Shown here: piece by piece, positions 18,297-27,075 of the stretch
Position numbering within the stretch: the stretch's first letter is position 1
Layout: each line of letters begins with the position of its first letter
DNA from: Planctomycetota bacterium
Lineage (GTDB): Bacteria > Planctomycetota > B15-G4
Direction: 5' to 3'
NCBI GenBank assembly: GCA_965248575.1
Contig: CBDFJQ010000002.1
Location: forward strand, 2,016,001 to 2,080,000
Length of the DNA: 64,000 nt
Made by a program: the position numbers and the translations under genes
Notes under the pieces: model-generated
The model's database searches: none
What the model saw: only the letters and a program-made list of their open reading frames with translations
Told to the model about the DNA's origin: nothing

Positions 18297-19697
18297 TCAG
18301 TCCTGGCGGATTGAATCCCAGCCGAAGGCCCTCAGCTGGTAGCTCATGGTCGAGAGCGCCTCACCGCTGGGCAGCTCGTAGCGGGTCTCGCGCTGCCAAT
18401 GGATGATGCCCTCCAGCGGCACCTCAGGGGAGAGAACCGCCTTCAAACGGATGTCCAGAGCCAGGTCGTTGCTGCGTGACGTCATGGCCCCGGCGAGGAC
18501 GAGCTCGAGGCGATGGCCATGGAGTGTCGTCTCCCCATGCTGCCAATGACCGGGTGTCACGCTACCGGAGACGACTCTCAGAGCGTTCAGGGGAGGGCCG
18601 GAATCCTCCAGAGCCAGCAGGCGCCCCACCACCGTCCCCAGCGTGGCGTGCGACTCAGAGGTTCCCATGATCTGGGCACCCAGGCCGGTGGAGGTCTGGA
18701 CCTGCACGGCACCGTCCTCCAACTTCGACACGACGCGCTGGACATCCATGGCAGCCGGGCCGTCGATGTTGCCGACCGCATAGGCCACCCATTCTCCTGC
18801 TCGTGCTGTCGCCAGACCATCCTCTAAGCTGCCGTCCAGCACGGACCGCAAGTCCAAACCTGGCAGCACCCGCTCAGCTTCAAAGCGCTCGACCTGCCCG
18901 TTGGCGACCCACTGCCCTGAACCGATCGGGAATCGCTCAGTCACTGGAGCACGCGTCGGCGTGTGCCAGCGTCCATCCAGGGGCTTGTAGCGGTAAGGCA
19001 GGAAGCCGTTGGATTCGAGGGTCGAGCGAGGGTAGGTCGACTGCTTCACGTTCGGGAAAGCGGCCTCGATCACCGTCACGCGCTCAGAGTCGTCACCTGT
19101 GAACTCGACGAACAACATGGCGTGCGCATCGAACTTGTTGAGCAGATCGCCGACCTTCAACTCGTCGTAGCTCGACAGCTCGAAACACAACCGACCCAGT
19201 GAGCGCGTCGACTGCTTGAAGGGCAGGTTCCAGCAGCGCGCCACGAAGCCGGAACAGTCCACGCCGACAGCGTGACGGCTCGCATCGAGATTGACTCCGT
19301 CCGTAAGCTGGCCAGCTGGCTGACCGGCCGCCACCGCTGCGTCGAACTCCACGAGGCTTGTGAACCCACCCCACTTGTACGGCACACCGATGTTGGGGCT
19401 GCCGTCAGTCCGGAAGCCGTCGCTGCGGTGACTCACATCCGGGGTGTCGACGTGGATTCCGTCCGCGTCGGGCCCATGCAAGGTGTTGGATTCGGACGCA
19501 TGCCAAACGTGGTTCGAATAGGACCGAGCCACTTCGAGGATGGCGTCGCGCCCGGGGATCTCAGGCTTGGAGCGCTCGCCTTGCGCGTCTTCGGATTGGG
19601 CACTGAGGGTGCCCAACAGGAGCAGCGTTCCGAGGGTCAGAAAGCAGCGTGAGAGGCGCGCAGGCGCCGGGCGTCGGCCCAAGAGGCGTGCGGACAT
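18297..19697 (-). CDS. Secreted NlpC/P60-like (papain-fold) domain protein with an unknown C-terminal domain
   Basis: 'GVPYKWGG', 'GVDCSGFV', 'GDLLNKFDAHAMLF', 'IEAA'. Confidence 0.7.
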   Translation of the reverse strand: MSARLLGRRPAPARLSRCFLTLGTLLLLGTLSAQSEDAQGERSKPEIPGRDAILEVARSYSNHVWHASESNTLHGPDADGIHVDTPDVSHRSDGFRTDGSPNIGVPYKWGGFTSLVEFDAAVAAGQPAGQLTDGVNLDASRHAVGVDCSGFVARCWNLPFKQSTRSLGRLCFELSSYDELKVGDLLNKFDAHAMLFVEFTGDDSERVTVIEAAFPNVKQSTYPRSTLESNGFLPYRYKPLDGRWHTPTRAPVTERFPIGSGQWVANGQVERFEAERVLPGLDLRSVLDGSLEDGLATARAGEWVAYAVGNIDGPAAMDVQRVVSKLEDGAVQVQTSTGLGAQIMGTSESHATLGTVVGRLLALEDSGPPLNALRVVSGSVTPGHWQHGETTLHGHRLELVLAGAMTSRSNDLALDIRLKAVLSPEVPLEGIIHWQRETRYELPSGEALSTMSYQLRAFGWDSIRQD

Positions 19698-19796
19698 CCT
19701 TTGAACTCCCTTTGCACTTGAGACGCGGTTGCTGACAGCGAACTCTCAGCATCCCTGATCAGCCGGGCCAGGGCGAGAACGTCCCTAGCGCACCCC

Positions 19797-21326
19797 CTAA
19801 CGCACCAGGCTGCACTCCGGGCCGGCTCGCATGAGCTGCACCCCACCGCCGCCCGTCACCGTGACAGAGAGCTGCCTGCCCACCTGCCCCAGGGCCACCT
19901 GCTCCACCCAGAGCGACCGAGCCTCAAGCAATTGGCTGCCGCTGTGGATCAGCCTCGGGCCCGTGTGGATCTCGAAGCTCAGCTCCCTGGGTGTGTCCCC
20001 AGGGTTGAGCAAGCTCAGGCTGAGCCCGGCCCAACCGGCGGTTGGCCCTTGCGCCCGCCAAACACCGCGCACGTCAAAGCTCGCGTTGCGCACGACGTCA
20101 GGCCGGTCGAGCACCTTCCAGCGCAGGCTGACTCCTCGCTCGTGCTGGATCGAAATCCACGCGGGCTGCTGCGCAGGGAACAGCTGCGTCACTCGCAGCC
20201 GCCGGAGGCCGCCCGGAGCGAGCTCGCCGGGCCACCACTGATCCGGTGAAGCCAGAGGCAACCGTTGCCCCGCCGCCGAATACCCCTGCAGGTCAGGCGG
20301 CGTCTGGGGCTCCGACCCCCTGACCCAGAGCTCTGCCGCCTGCGGCCCAAGCGCCTCTCCCAGATCCAGGATCAGGAACTGTCTCGTGCCCTCCAGTTCT
20401 GCGGGGGAGTCCACGACCCACGCATCATTCCAGGACGAATCCACGCGACCTCGCGCAGGCGTCAGTCGATCCGTGTAGACGCCATCCACTCCCTGGGACG
20501 CCAGGCGCGAAGCAACGAGCTGGTTGTTGATCGTATGGGCGAAGCTCGCGACTCCCTGCTCCCTCAAGCGTGTGGCCAGCCCCCCGGGGACCCGATCCTT
20601 CGGCATCGTCACGGCGTAGAACGACTCACGCTTCGCCAGGGCGAGGACCTCCTCGTCCGTCAGCTGGGAGGTGTAGAGAGTGAGGATGCGCTGGTCGAAC
20701 CCCAGACCTCCGGCGAGCTTCGCTTCCCGTTCGTCGTGAACCTGGGGCAGCAGACGCGAGCGCACGCTCGCCAACTCCTTGGCCAGGAGCTTCAGGCCGC
20801 GCCGCCGCTCGGCCTTGATATCTGTCACGACACCGATGCCCGGGTTGTCGTTCATCCACTGCAGGAGGGCGGGCAGATCCAGTTGCTGAAGTCCGTCACG
20901 GCCTTCCAGCTGCATGAACTCATCCCGACTGCAGAGAGCCGCTTGCTCGCCAAACATGCCTACCAGGGCACCTGCCCAATCGTGGAGCAGGACCAACTCG
21001 CCGTCGGTGGTCCAGCACAGGTCGACCTCCACCAACTGGAAGCCCTCAAGCACGGCGCGCTCAAGGGCCTGCAGGCTGTTCGTGACATGGAAGCCCTCCA
21101 CCCGACCTCCACCATGGGCAATCAGGCGCGGGACCGACTCCAGCCAGCCAGCCTCGCCCCCGGACTCTGCCGTCTGCTCGGAGCCTGGCGCTGCCGCCGG
21201 ATCGGTCGGGCCTTGGGCGAAGCACAGCCCAGTTGCCAGAAAACCCAAGCCGAGACCGAGCCCGAGCACGACGCTTCGTTGAGCGCCTCGCGCCCATGGT
21301 CGATACTGCAGACATGTTCGAAGCAT
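19797..21326 (-). CDS. Exported glycerophosphodiester phosphodiesterase (GDPD)-family protein with C-terminal beta-sandwich domains
   Basis: 'LIAHGGG..TNSLQAL', 'VEVDL..TTDGELVLLHDW', 'TDIK', 'HTIN', 'GVDGVYTD'; start uncertain. Confidence 0.8.
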   Translation of the reverse strand: MLRTCLQYRPWARGAQRSVVLGLGLGLGFLATGLCFAQGPTDPAAAPGSEQTAESGGEAGWLESVPRLIAHGGGRVEGFHVTNSLQALERAVLEGFQLVEVDLCWTTDGELVLLHDWAGALVGMFGEQAALCSRDEFMQLEGRDGLQQLDLPALLQWMNDNPGIGVVTDIKAERRRGLKLLAKELASVRSRLLPQVHDEREAKLAGGLGFDQRILTLYTSQLTDEEVLALAKRESFYAVTMPKDRVPGGLATRLREQGVASFAHTINNQLVASRLASQGVDGVYTDRLTPARGRVDSSWNDAWVVDSPAELEGTRQFLILDLGEALGPQAAELWVRGSEPQTPPDLQGYSAAGQRLPLASPDQWWPGELAPGGLRRLRVTQLFPAQQPAWISIQHERGVSLRWKVLDRPDVVRNASFDVRGVWRAQGPTAGWAGLSLSLLNPGDTPRELSFEIHTGPRLIHSGSQLLEARSLWVEQVALGQVGRQLSVTVTGGGGVQLMRAGPECSLVR

Positions 21327-21345
21327 GCGTCGGTTCCAAGGCACC

Positions 21346-24006
21346 ATGACACTCTACCAACCGACGGCCACAGCTCCTGACGATCCGTCGTCCGATTCGG
21401 CGACCGATTCGTCAGCTCGCACCCGCCCCCCATCGTGGCGACCCGTCGGCTGCATGCTGCTGGCAACAGCCGTCCTGCTCTGGCAGGAGTCTCGCGCCGT
21501 CGGGTCTTCCGAGACACTGACCTTCGCGCCCCTGCTGCAACGCTTCACCGTGCCCGCCCTGCTGGCAGGCCTGGGCCTGCTGGCGAACAGCCGCTGGGTC
21601 TGGTGGGCGCTGACCGTGGTCGCAGCCGCACTGTCCTTCATGCTCGTGGGGGATCGAGCCTTCCTCGAATACTTCCGCCAGCCGCTCAGCGCCGAAATGA
21701 CCGTAGCCGTGCGACAGCTGGCGGACGTGGGAGAGAGCACGGGCTCCCTGGTGGAGCCGCTCGACTGGCTCGCCCTCGCCGCAGTGACCCTGAGTTTCCT
21801 GGTCGCGGCAGGACGCCGTGTACCGGGCCCGGCGCGCGTCCTGGGCCTGGCGCTCGTCCTGGCTGCCAGTCTCCCGACCCGGTCTGCCCTGTCGTGGGCC
21901 CCAGCACCCAACGCCGTCACGGGCCACGGGCCGGTGACGGCCCAGGCCTCGCGCTTCGGGCTCACGCTGTTCCATCTGGCAGATGTGAGCGAGAGCCTGT
22001 CCCGACGCTGGTGGGCCGCCCCTCTGCCCAACTCGACACGACAAGACGTCCTCGCTCTCTTTGCTCGCCGCCACGAGCTCAACACCCAGAGCAGCCCGCT
22101 CTTCGGCATCGCGGCAGGGCGCAACGTCGTGCACGTCCAACTCGAGGCCTTCCAGCACTTCCTGCTGGGTTGGTCCGGCCCCGAGGGTGAGGTCACGCCG
22201 ACTCTCAATCGCCTCGCTGACGGCGGCCTGTCCTTCGAGCGCATGATGGACACCACACGCATGGGCCGCACCTCCTCCGCCGAGTTCCAGGTGTTGACCG
22301 GGATGCCCTCCCACGGGCGCGAGCTGGTGGCGTTCACCCACATGGGCAAGGAGTACGTCACCCTGCCCGGGCTGCTCGCCGAGCGTGGCTACAGCACCTG
22401 GTCCATGCACGCCTACAAACGCAGCTTCTGGAATCGGGCCGTGACCCACCCCACCTTCGGGATCCAGAAGATGCTGTTTGCCGATGCCTGGAAGCCGGGC
22501 CCCCAGGTGGGCTGGGGCTTGGGTGACAGTGAATTTCTCACGCAGTGCGTCGACGCCTTGGCCAAAGCGGAGGCCCCTTGCTTCGCCCACCTCGTCACCC
22601 TTTCGTGCCACCACCCCTTCCATGCCGTTCCCGAGCATGCTGCTCAGTGGAAGACGGGCGTGCCGGCGGATGTCGCCCCCATGCTGACGGGATACCTCCA
22701 GCTCGCCCACTACACGGACACTGCCGTCGAGGCGTTCATGCGTGGCATGCAGGAACGCGGCCTGGCCGAGAACACGCTGTTCGTCTTCTACGGTGACCAC
22801 GACGCCGGGCTCGATGAAGCGAGCCGACGCGCTGTGGAGGATGCAGGCGGGCCCGACCTCGACCACCCACGAGAAGACCGGGTGCCCTGCGTGATCGTGG
22901 TCCCTGGACAAGAGCAGGCGTTGCGCGCCCATGGCGCTGCCTTCATGAACCAGTTTGCTGGCCTGCATGACATCCCCGCCACCGTGTTGCACCTCTTGGG
23001 CATCACTCCCCCTCCGGGAATCCTGGGTACCCATGCCTTCGTCCCCGACGGCGCACGGGACGTGCTGCCCCTGCCGCTGGGGGATAGCGTCGTCTCACGG
23101 GGTCGCCTCCTCAGCGGCTGGGACCCGCCGACGAGATCAGCGCAGGAGCGCGCCGAGCGAGAGAGCGCACGCGCTCAAGCAGATGTCATCGACACCCTGA
23201 GTGACCTGGCTCTGGATCACGCGCTGCAAGCCGTTGCCGCTCGGCTCCCCGACGAGCAGCTGGCTCAACTCGCACAACGATCAACGAGCGTCGAGGGTGC
23301 ACTCGGCGGCACGCTTGCGGCGGCACCCGACGCGACACCGGACACAACAGGGACCCAGCGAGGTGAGACGCCGCTCTCCAACGGGGCTTGGCGTCGAACG
23401 CCCAGCGGCCCCGTGTCTCCGCTCCCGCGCCGACTCATCGACGCCCTGCCCCGTTCCCAGGAGACCCTCTTCGAGGTGCTTCTGGTGCTTCGAAACGAGT
23501 CAGACCAGGAGCAGCCGTGGGGCTACGAAGCGCTCGACGGCGAGGGCCAGGCCTTGAACCCGCAACACGGGCTGATCGCCTCCGGGCAGCTGCTGGAAGT
23601 GCAGCTTGCCCCCAAAGCCGGGGAGGCGCCGGGGACGCTCGGGTTCCTGGACGCAGCGCCAGAAGTGGTGGCCGATGTCCGCATCCGCCGGGCCAAAGGT
23701 GTCGTCTGGCGCGTGCCCCACAGCAGGACCCACGCCGCGATCCAAATCAGCGGGTCCGCCCGGGGCTTGGATCAACTCGCTCTTGTGCTGTGCAACCCAG
23801 GTCCGAGCAGCCGGCAGGTGGCGGTCACGGTTTCACAGGAGGGCCAGGCCGACCAAAGCTGGTCACAACGGATGGCACCGTGGGCGAAATCGCTGCGGCT
23901 TCTGGATGTCTCCCAGTCGAGTGGAGGCCTCTCGGTGACGGTCGAAGGCACCGGGGTCACGGCGGACCTGCTTGCCTGGGACGACGCCGGGACGACTCTG
24001 CGCTAG
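21346..24006 (+). CDS. LTA synthase (LtaS)/phosphoglycerol transferase-family membrane protein with a C-terminal extension
   Basis: About 5 N-terminal TM helices; 'NVVHVQLEAFQ', 'GRTSSAEF' (catalytic Thr), 'FWNR', 'LSCHHPF', 'YGDH'; alternative start 21454. Confidence 0.85.
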   Translation: MTLYQPTATAPDDPSSDSATDSSARTRPPSWRPVGCMLLATAVLLWQESRAVGSSETLTFAPLLQRFTVPALLAGLGLLANSRWVWWALTVVAAALSFMLVGDRAFLEYFRQPLSAEMTVAVRQLADVGESTGSLVEPLDWLALAAVTLSFLVAAGRRVPGPARVLGLALVLAASLPTRSALSWAPAPNAVTGHGPVTAQASRFGLTLFHLADVSESLSRRWWAAPLPNSTRQDVLALFARRHELNTQSSPLFGIAAGRNVVHVQLEAFQHFLLGWSGPEGEVTPTLNRLADGGLSFERMMDTTRMGRTSSAEFQVLTGMPSHGRELVAFTHMGKEYVTLPGLLAERGYSTWSMHAYKRSFWNRAVTHPTFGIQKMLFADAWKPGPQVGWGLGDSEFLTQCVDALAKAEAPCFAHLVTLSCHHPFHAVPEHAAQWKTGVPADVAPMLTGYLQLAHYTDTAVEAFMRGMQERGLAENTLFVFYGDHDAGLDEASRRAVEDAGGPDLDHPREDRVPCVIVVPGQEQALRAHGAAFMNQFAGLHDIPATVLHLLGITPPPGILGTHAFVPDGARDVLPLPLGDSVVSRGRLLSGWDPPTRSAQERAERESARAQADVIDTLSDLALDHALQAVAARLPDEQLAQLAQRSTSVEGALGGTLAAAPDATPDTTGTQRGETPLSNGAWRRTPSGPVSPLPRRLIDALPRSQETLFEVLLVLRNESDQEQPWGYEALDGEGQALNPQHGLIASGQLLEVQLAPKAGEAPGTLGFLDAAPEVVADVRIRRAKGVVWRVPHSRTHAAIQISGSARGLDQLALVLCNPGPSSRQVAVTVSQEGQADQSWSQRMAPWAKSLRLLDVSQSSGGLSVTVEGTGVTADLLAWDDAGTTLR

Positions 24007-24012
24007 GTCCCC

Positions 24013-24681
24013 CTACTGTCCGCCTGGAACTGGCTCCTGCGCAGCCCGCCGTCGCTTCCCGCGGGTCTTCTCGATGGGAGCCAAGGCCCACGTCATGGCG
24101 CACAGCGTTCCCTTGCCTCCCTTGCGTCGCGGCTTGCGCAGGATGGCCAACACTTCTTTCATGTGCTGGTTGATGTTCTCCAGTTCATCCGGTTCGAGAC
24201 ATGCCTCGAGCCGCAGGGACCACAGGTTGCGCGCAGGTCCACTCACCTCGGCTGCTGGGTCCTCGAGGCCGGACTCGAAGTCGCGCTCGGCCTGCCGCAA
24301 GAGACTGGCCGTCAGTCGACGAACCGCACGGGTGTTGTCAGGGTCCGCGGGTTCATAACGAATGTGCCAATTTCGCTTCACCACATCGTAGAGGGTCTCG
24401 TCACGGCGCCGTGTTTCCTGCTCCCCTTTGGCGACGAGCACCCCGGCCTTCACCAACATCTTGACGTGGTAGTAGAGCGAGTCCGGAGCCACTCGCAGTG
24501 ACTCTGCCAACTCGCGCACGGAGCTCGGCCCCAGGGCCTCGAGCCGGTCTACGAGATTCTGCCGAACGGGGGAAACCAACGCCTCGATGACGGCCGGGTC
24601 CCGGATCCAATGAATGCGGTCTGGCTGCTTGGCACTCGGGCTCTGCTTGCGACCTACTGCCTTCTTCGTGGGGGGAGTCAT
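24013..24681 (-). CDS. ArsR-like winged helix-turn-helix transcriptional regulator
   Basis: 'ALVSPVRQNLVDRL..GPSSVRELAESL...LYYHVKMLVKAGVL'. Confidence 0.85.
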   Translation of the reverse strand: MTPPTKKAVGRKQSPSAKQPDRIHWIRDPAVIEALVSPVRQNLVDRLEALGPSSVRELAESLRVAPDSLYYHVKMLVKAGVLVAKGEQETRRRDETLYDVVKRNWHIRYEPADPDNTRAVRRLTASLLRQAERDFESGLEDPAAEVSGPARNLWSLRLEACLEPDELENINQHMKEVLAILRKPRRKGGKGTLCAMTWALAPIEKTRGKRRRAAQEPVPGGQ

Positions 24682-24690
24682 GCTCTCGAG

Positions 24691-24718
24691 TATTGAATAA
24701 ATCATGATTTCTTCAATA
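24691..24718. promoter_or_regulatory. 28-bp AT-rich palindrome, probable autoregulatory operator
   Basis: TATTGAATAAATCA|TGATTTCTTCAATA; 13 of 14 positions pair; 10 bp upstream of the regulator start. Confidence 0.75.
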
Positions 24719-24774
24719 GAAAGGGCGCCTCAAAGCGCAGGTGCCACGCTTTCAACTTACTCGTGTCGAGCACC

Positions 24775-26493
24775 TCAGTCGTCCAGGGCTTCACCCGCAA
24801 CGAGCCAGACGCGGCCCTGTTTCGCAAACTGCACATGACTCCAGGCAGAGGTGAACAGGTAGTCGTGATGACCATCCCCGTCCACATCTCCCAGGCCGAC
24901 GGAGTCGAAGCCCAGGGTGTCGCCGGACTGCAGGCTGGTCCAGGTGTCGAGCAGGGCACCGTCGGCACCGGAGTGCAGGTAGCACTTGCCTGCCGAGGCC
25001 CCGCCTTCGGTGTTCTGCCAAGCTCCCACCACCAGGTCGGCCACACCGTCGCCGTTCACATCACCGCACTCCGACGAACTGGTGCCGAAACCTTCGCCAG
25101 CCACATGGCCCTCCACCATCAGCAAGCGCTCGCCCGTCGCCCCTGAGTGCATGTAGACCCGCCCTGTGGAGGCACCCTTCGCGGCGTGGTTCCAATCGGA
25201 GGCATACACATCGGGCACGCCGTCGTCGTTCATGTCCCCCAGGAAGGTGACGAAGTACTGCCCGAGATTGCTGCCCCGGGCCTCGGCGTCCATGCGAAAG
25301 GCGAGCTCAGCGCCGTCCTTGGTGCAGCGGTAGACGTAGACCACGCCTTTGCCCGCCGCTCCACCAGAAGGTGCGCCAACGGCGAGCAAGTGGTGCCCAC
25401 CTTCACGGCTCGCATCGATGGCTCCGCCCAACTTCTCCCCGGCGACGCCAGGAATGTCGAAGAGCTCCTTACCGGTCGCTCCGCTGAAGACCACAACGCG
25501 CCCGGAGCTCGCGCCGTACTTGGAGGAGGTCCACGCTCCCACGGCGACTTCGGCGTGACCATCGCCGTCGAGGTCTTCCATCCCGCACATCTTGACGCCG
25601 AACTGGTCGCCGGCTTCGCCCCCACTCAGGGTGTGCAAGGCCTCACCTGTGGCGCCCGAATAGACGAGCGCAACACCTACGGCCGCTGGGCCCACACCCG
25701 GCCCGCCGGACAGGATGTCGGGCACTCCGTCGGCGTCCACATCCACACGACCTGCCACCGAGTTGCCCAGGCTCCAACCCGGCTGGCCGGTGAAGACATG
25801 CAGGATCTCGCCCGTCCGGCTGCTGTAGGCATAGACGCGCCCCTCCGGCGGCCCGCCTGTGCTGAAGGTCGGCGCGCTGGTCGCAAAATCCATGGCGCCG
25901 TCGCCATCCAGGTCGCCCACGGCCCGGGCAACCCAACCAAACTGATCGCCGGCCGCCTCACCCTGGAAGCTGTGCAGGATGCGGCTGCCCTCCTTGAAGG
26001 CCGCGCTTCCTTCCAGGAGCGGCGGCAGCAGCGTGGCGAAGCGGCCGTCCGAACGGAGCGCCTTCAGGTCGTTGTCCGTCGCGAGCTGTTGGCGATCCCC
26101 GTAGCCCGCAGCCACGGCGTTCTGCAGCCAAGTGATGCCCTGCTCGACGTTGCCCAGCAGAGCGTGGGCACAGGCCGCGTTGTAGCCAGCCGCCGAGGCA
26201 AAGCGCGGAAAGCTGGCAGCCTTCTCATGCGCCACGACGGCTTCCTCCAGCTTGCCCTCACCGTGCAACGCATAGCCCAGCAGGAACCATGAGGGCGCGT
26301 CGCTGGCATTCGCCCCGGTCCGCGCCCGGAACACCTCCGCCGCGCCCGCGTAGTCGGCGGCCTGGATAAGGGCTTGCCCTGCTGCGAGAGTGGGCAAGCT
26401 GCCGCCACTGGCCTGAGCAAGCAACGCGCTGCCCGAGAGCAGAAGGCCCAGAGAGCTCACCAGCACACAAGCGGTCCGCTTGGCTCGATTCAT
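24775..26493 (-). CDS. Secreted TPR + FG-GAP (integrin-alpha beta-propeller) repeat protein
   Basis: Signal peptide; TPR 'YNAACAHALLG'; repeats 'GDQFG..GDLDGDG..D', 'GRVY..SG.TG'. Confidence 0.9.
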   Translation of the reverse strand: MNRAKRTACVLVSSLGLLLSGSALLAQASGGSLPTLAAGQALIQAADYAGAAEVFRARTGANASDAPSWFLLGYALHGEGKLEEAVVAHEKAASFPRFASAAGYNAACAHALLGNVEQGITWLQNAVAAGYGDRQQLATDNDLKALRSDGRFATLLPPLLEGSAAFKEGSRILHSFQGEAAGDQFGWVARAVGDLDGDGAMDFATSAPTFSTGGPPEGRVYAYSSRTGEILHVFTGQPGWSLGNSVAGRVDVDADGVPDILSGGPGVGPAAVGVALVYSGATGEALHTLSGGEAGDQFGVKMCGMEDLDGDGHAEVAVGAWTSSKYGASSGRVVVFSGATGKELFDIPGVAGEKLGGAIDASREGGHHLLAVGAPSGGAAGKGVVYVYRCTKDGAELAFRMDAEARGSNLGQYFVTFLGDMNDDGVPDVYASDWNHAAKGASTGRVYMHSGATGERLLMVEGHVAGEGFGTSSSECGDVNGDGVADLVVGAWQNTEGGASAGKCYLHSGADGALLDTWTSLQSGDTLGFDSVGLGDVDGDGHHDYLFTSAWSHVQFAKQGRVWLVAGEALDD

Positions 26494-26690
26494 CACGGCA
26501 TGTCTCTCCATCATTCGGGGCGGGTACGGCGGGTTGGATACTCGGCGTCGCGCGGGCGCGACGGACGCTCATGAGACACAGCCCCTGACACCCAAAGCGT
26601 CCTCCGCCCCAAGGTGTCACCGAAGGACTAGGCTATGCGGACCAAGGACACCCCTGCTTCATATTCCTGAGCCCAATCGGAGTCTGCGAC

Positions 26691-27044
26691 ATGCCCCACC
26701 GCATTGTCTGGGTCGACATCCCCGCCCGGGATCTCTCACGTGCGATGACCTTCTACTCCAAGGTGCTCGAGATCGAGATCGAAGAAGCCCACCCCGGCGT
26801 CGCTGTCCTGTCCCACACGGACTCCGACGTGGCCGGTTGTCTGTTCGTGGACCCGAAGGTGGAACCCTCGACCCATGGACCGCTCATCTATCTGAATGCC
26901 CAGGGCCGCCTTGAAGAGGCGACGCAGACGGCCGTCGAGTACGGCGGAAAGGTCCTTGAGCCGCCCCACGCGATCGGGCCTTGGGGCAGTCGCTCCGTGG
27001 TCCTGGACAGCGAAGGCAACCGCATCGCCTTGCACTCGGCGTGA
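26691..27044 (+). CDS. VOC/glyoxalase family protein
   Basis: 'WVDIPARDLSRAMTFY', 'DSEGNRIALHS'. Confidence 0.9.
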   Translation: MPHRIVWVDIPARDLSRAMTFYSKVLEIEIEEAHPGVAVLSHTDSDVAGCLFVDPKVEPSTHGPLIYLNAQGRLEEATQTAVEYGGKVLEPPHAIGPWGSRSVVLDSEGNRIALHSA

Positions 27045-27075
27045 ACGAGGGCTCCTTTTCAGCCTTCCCGCGCCC

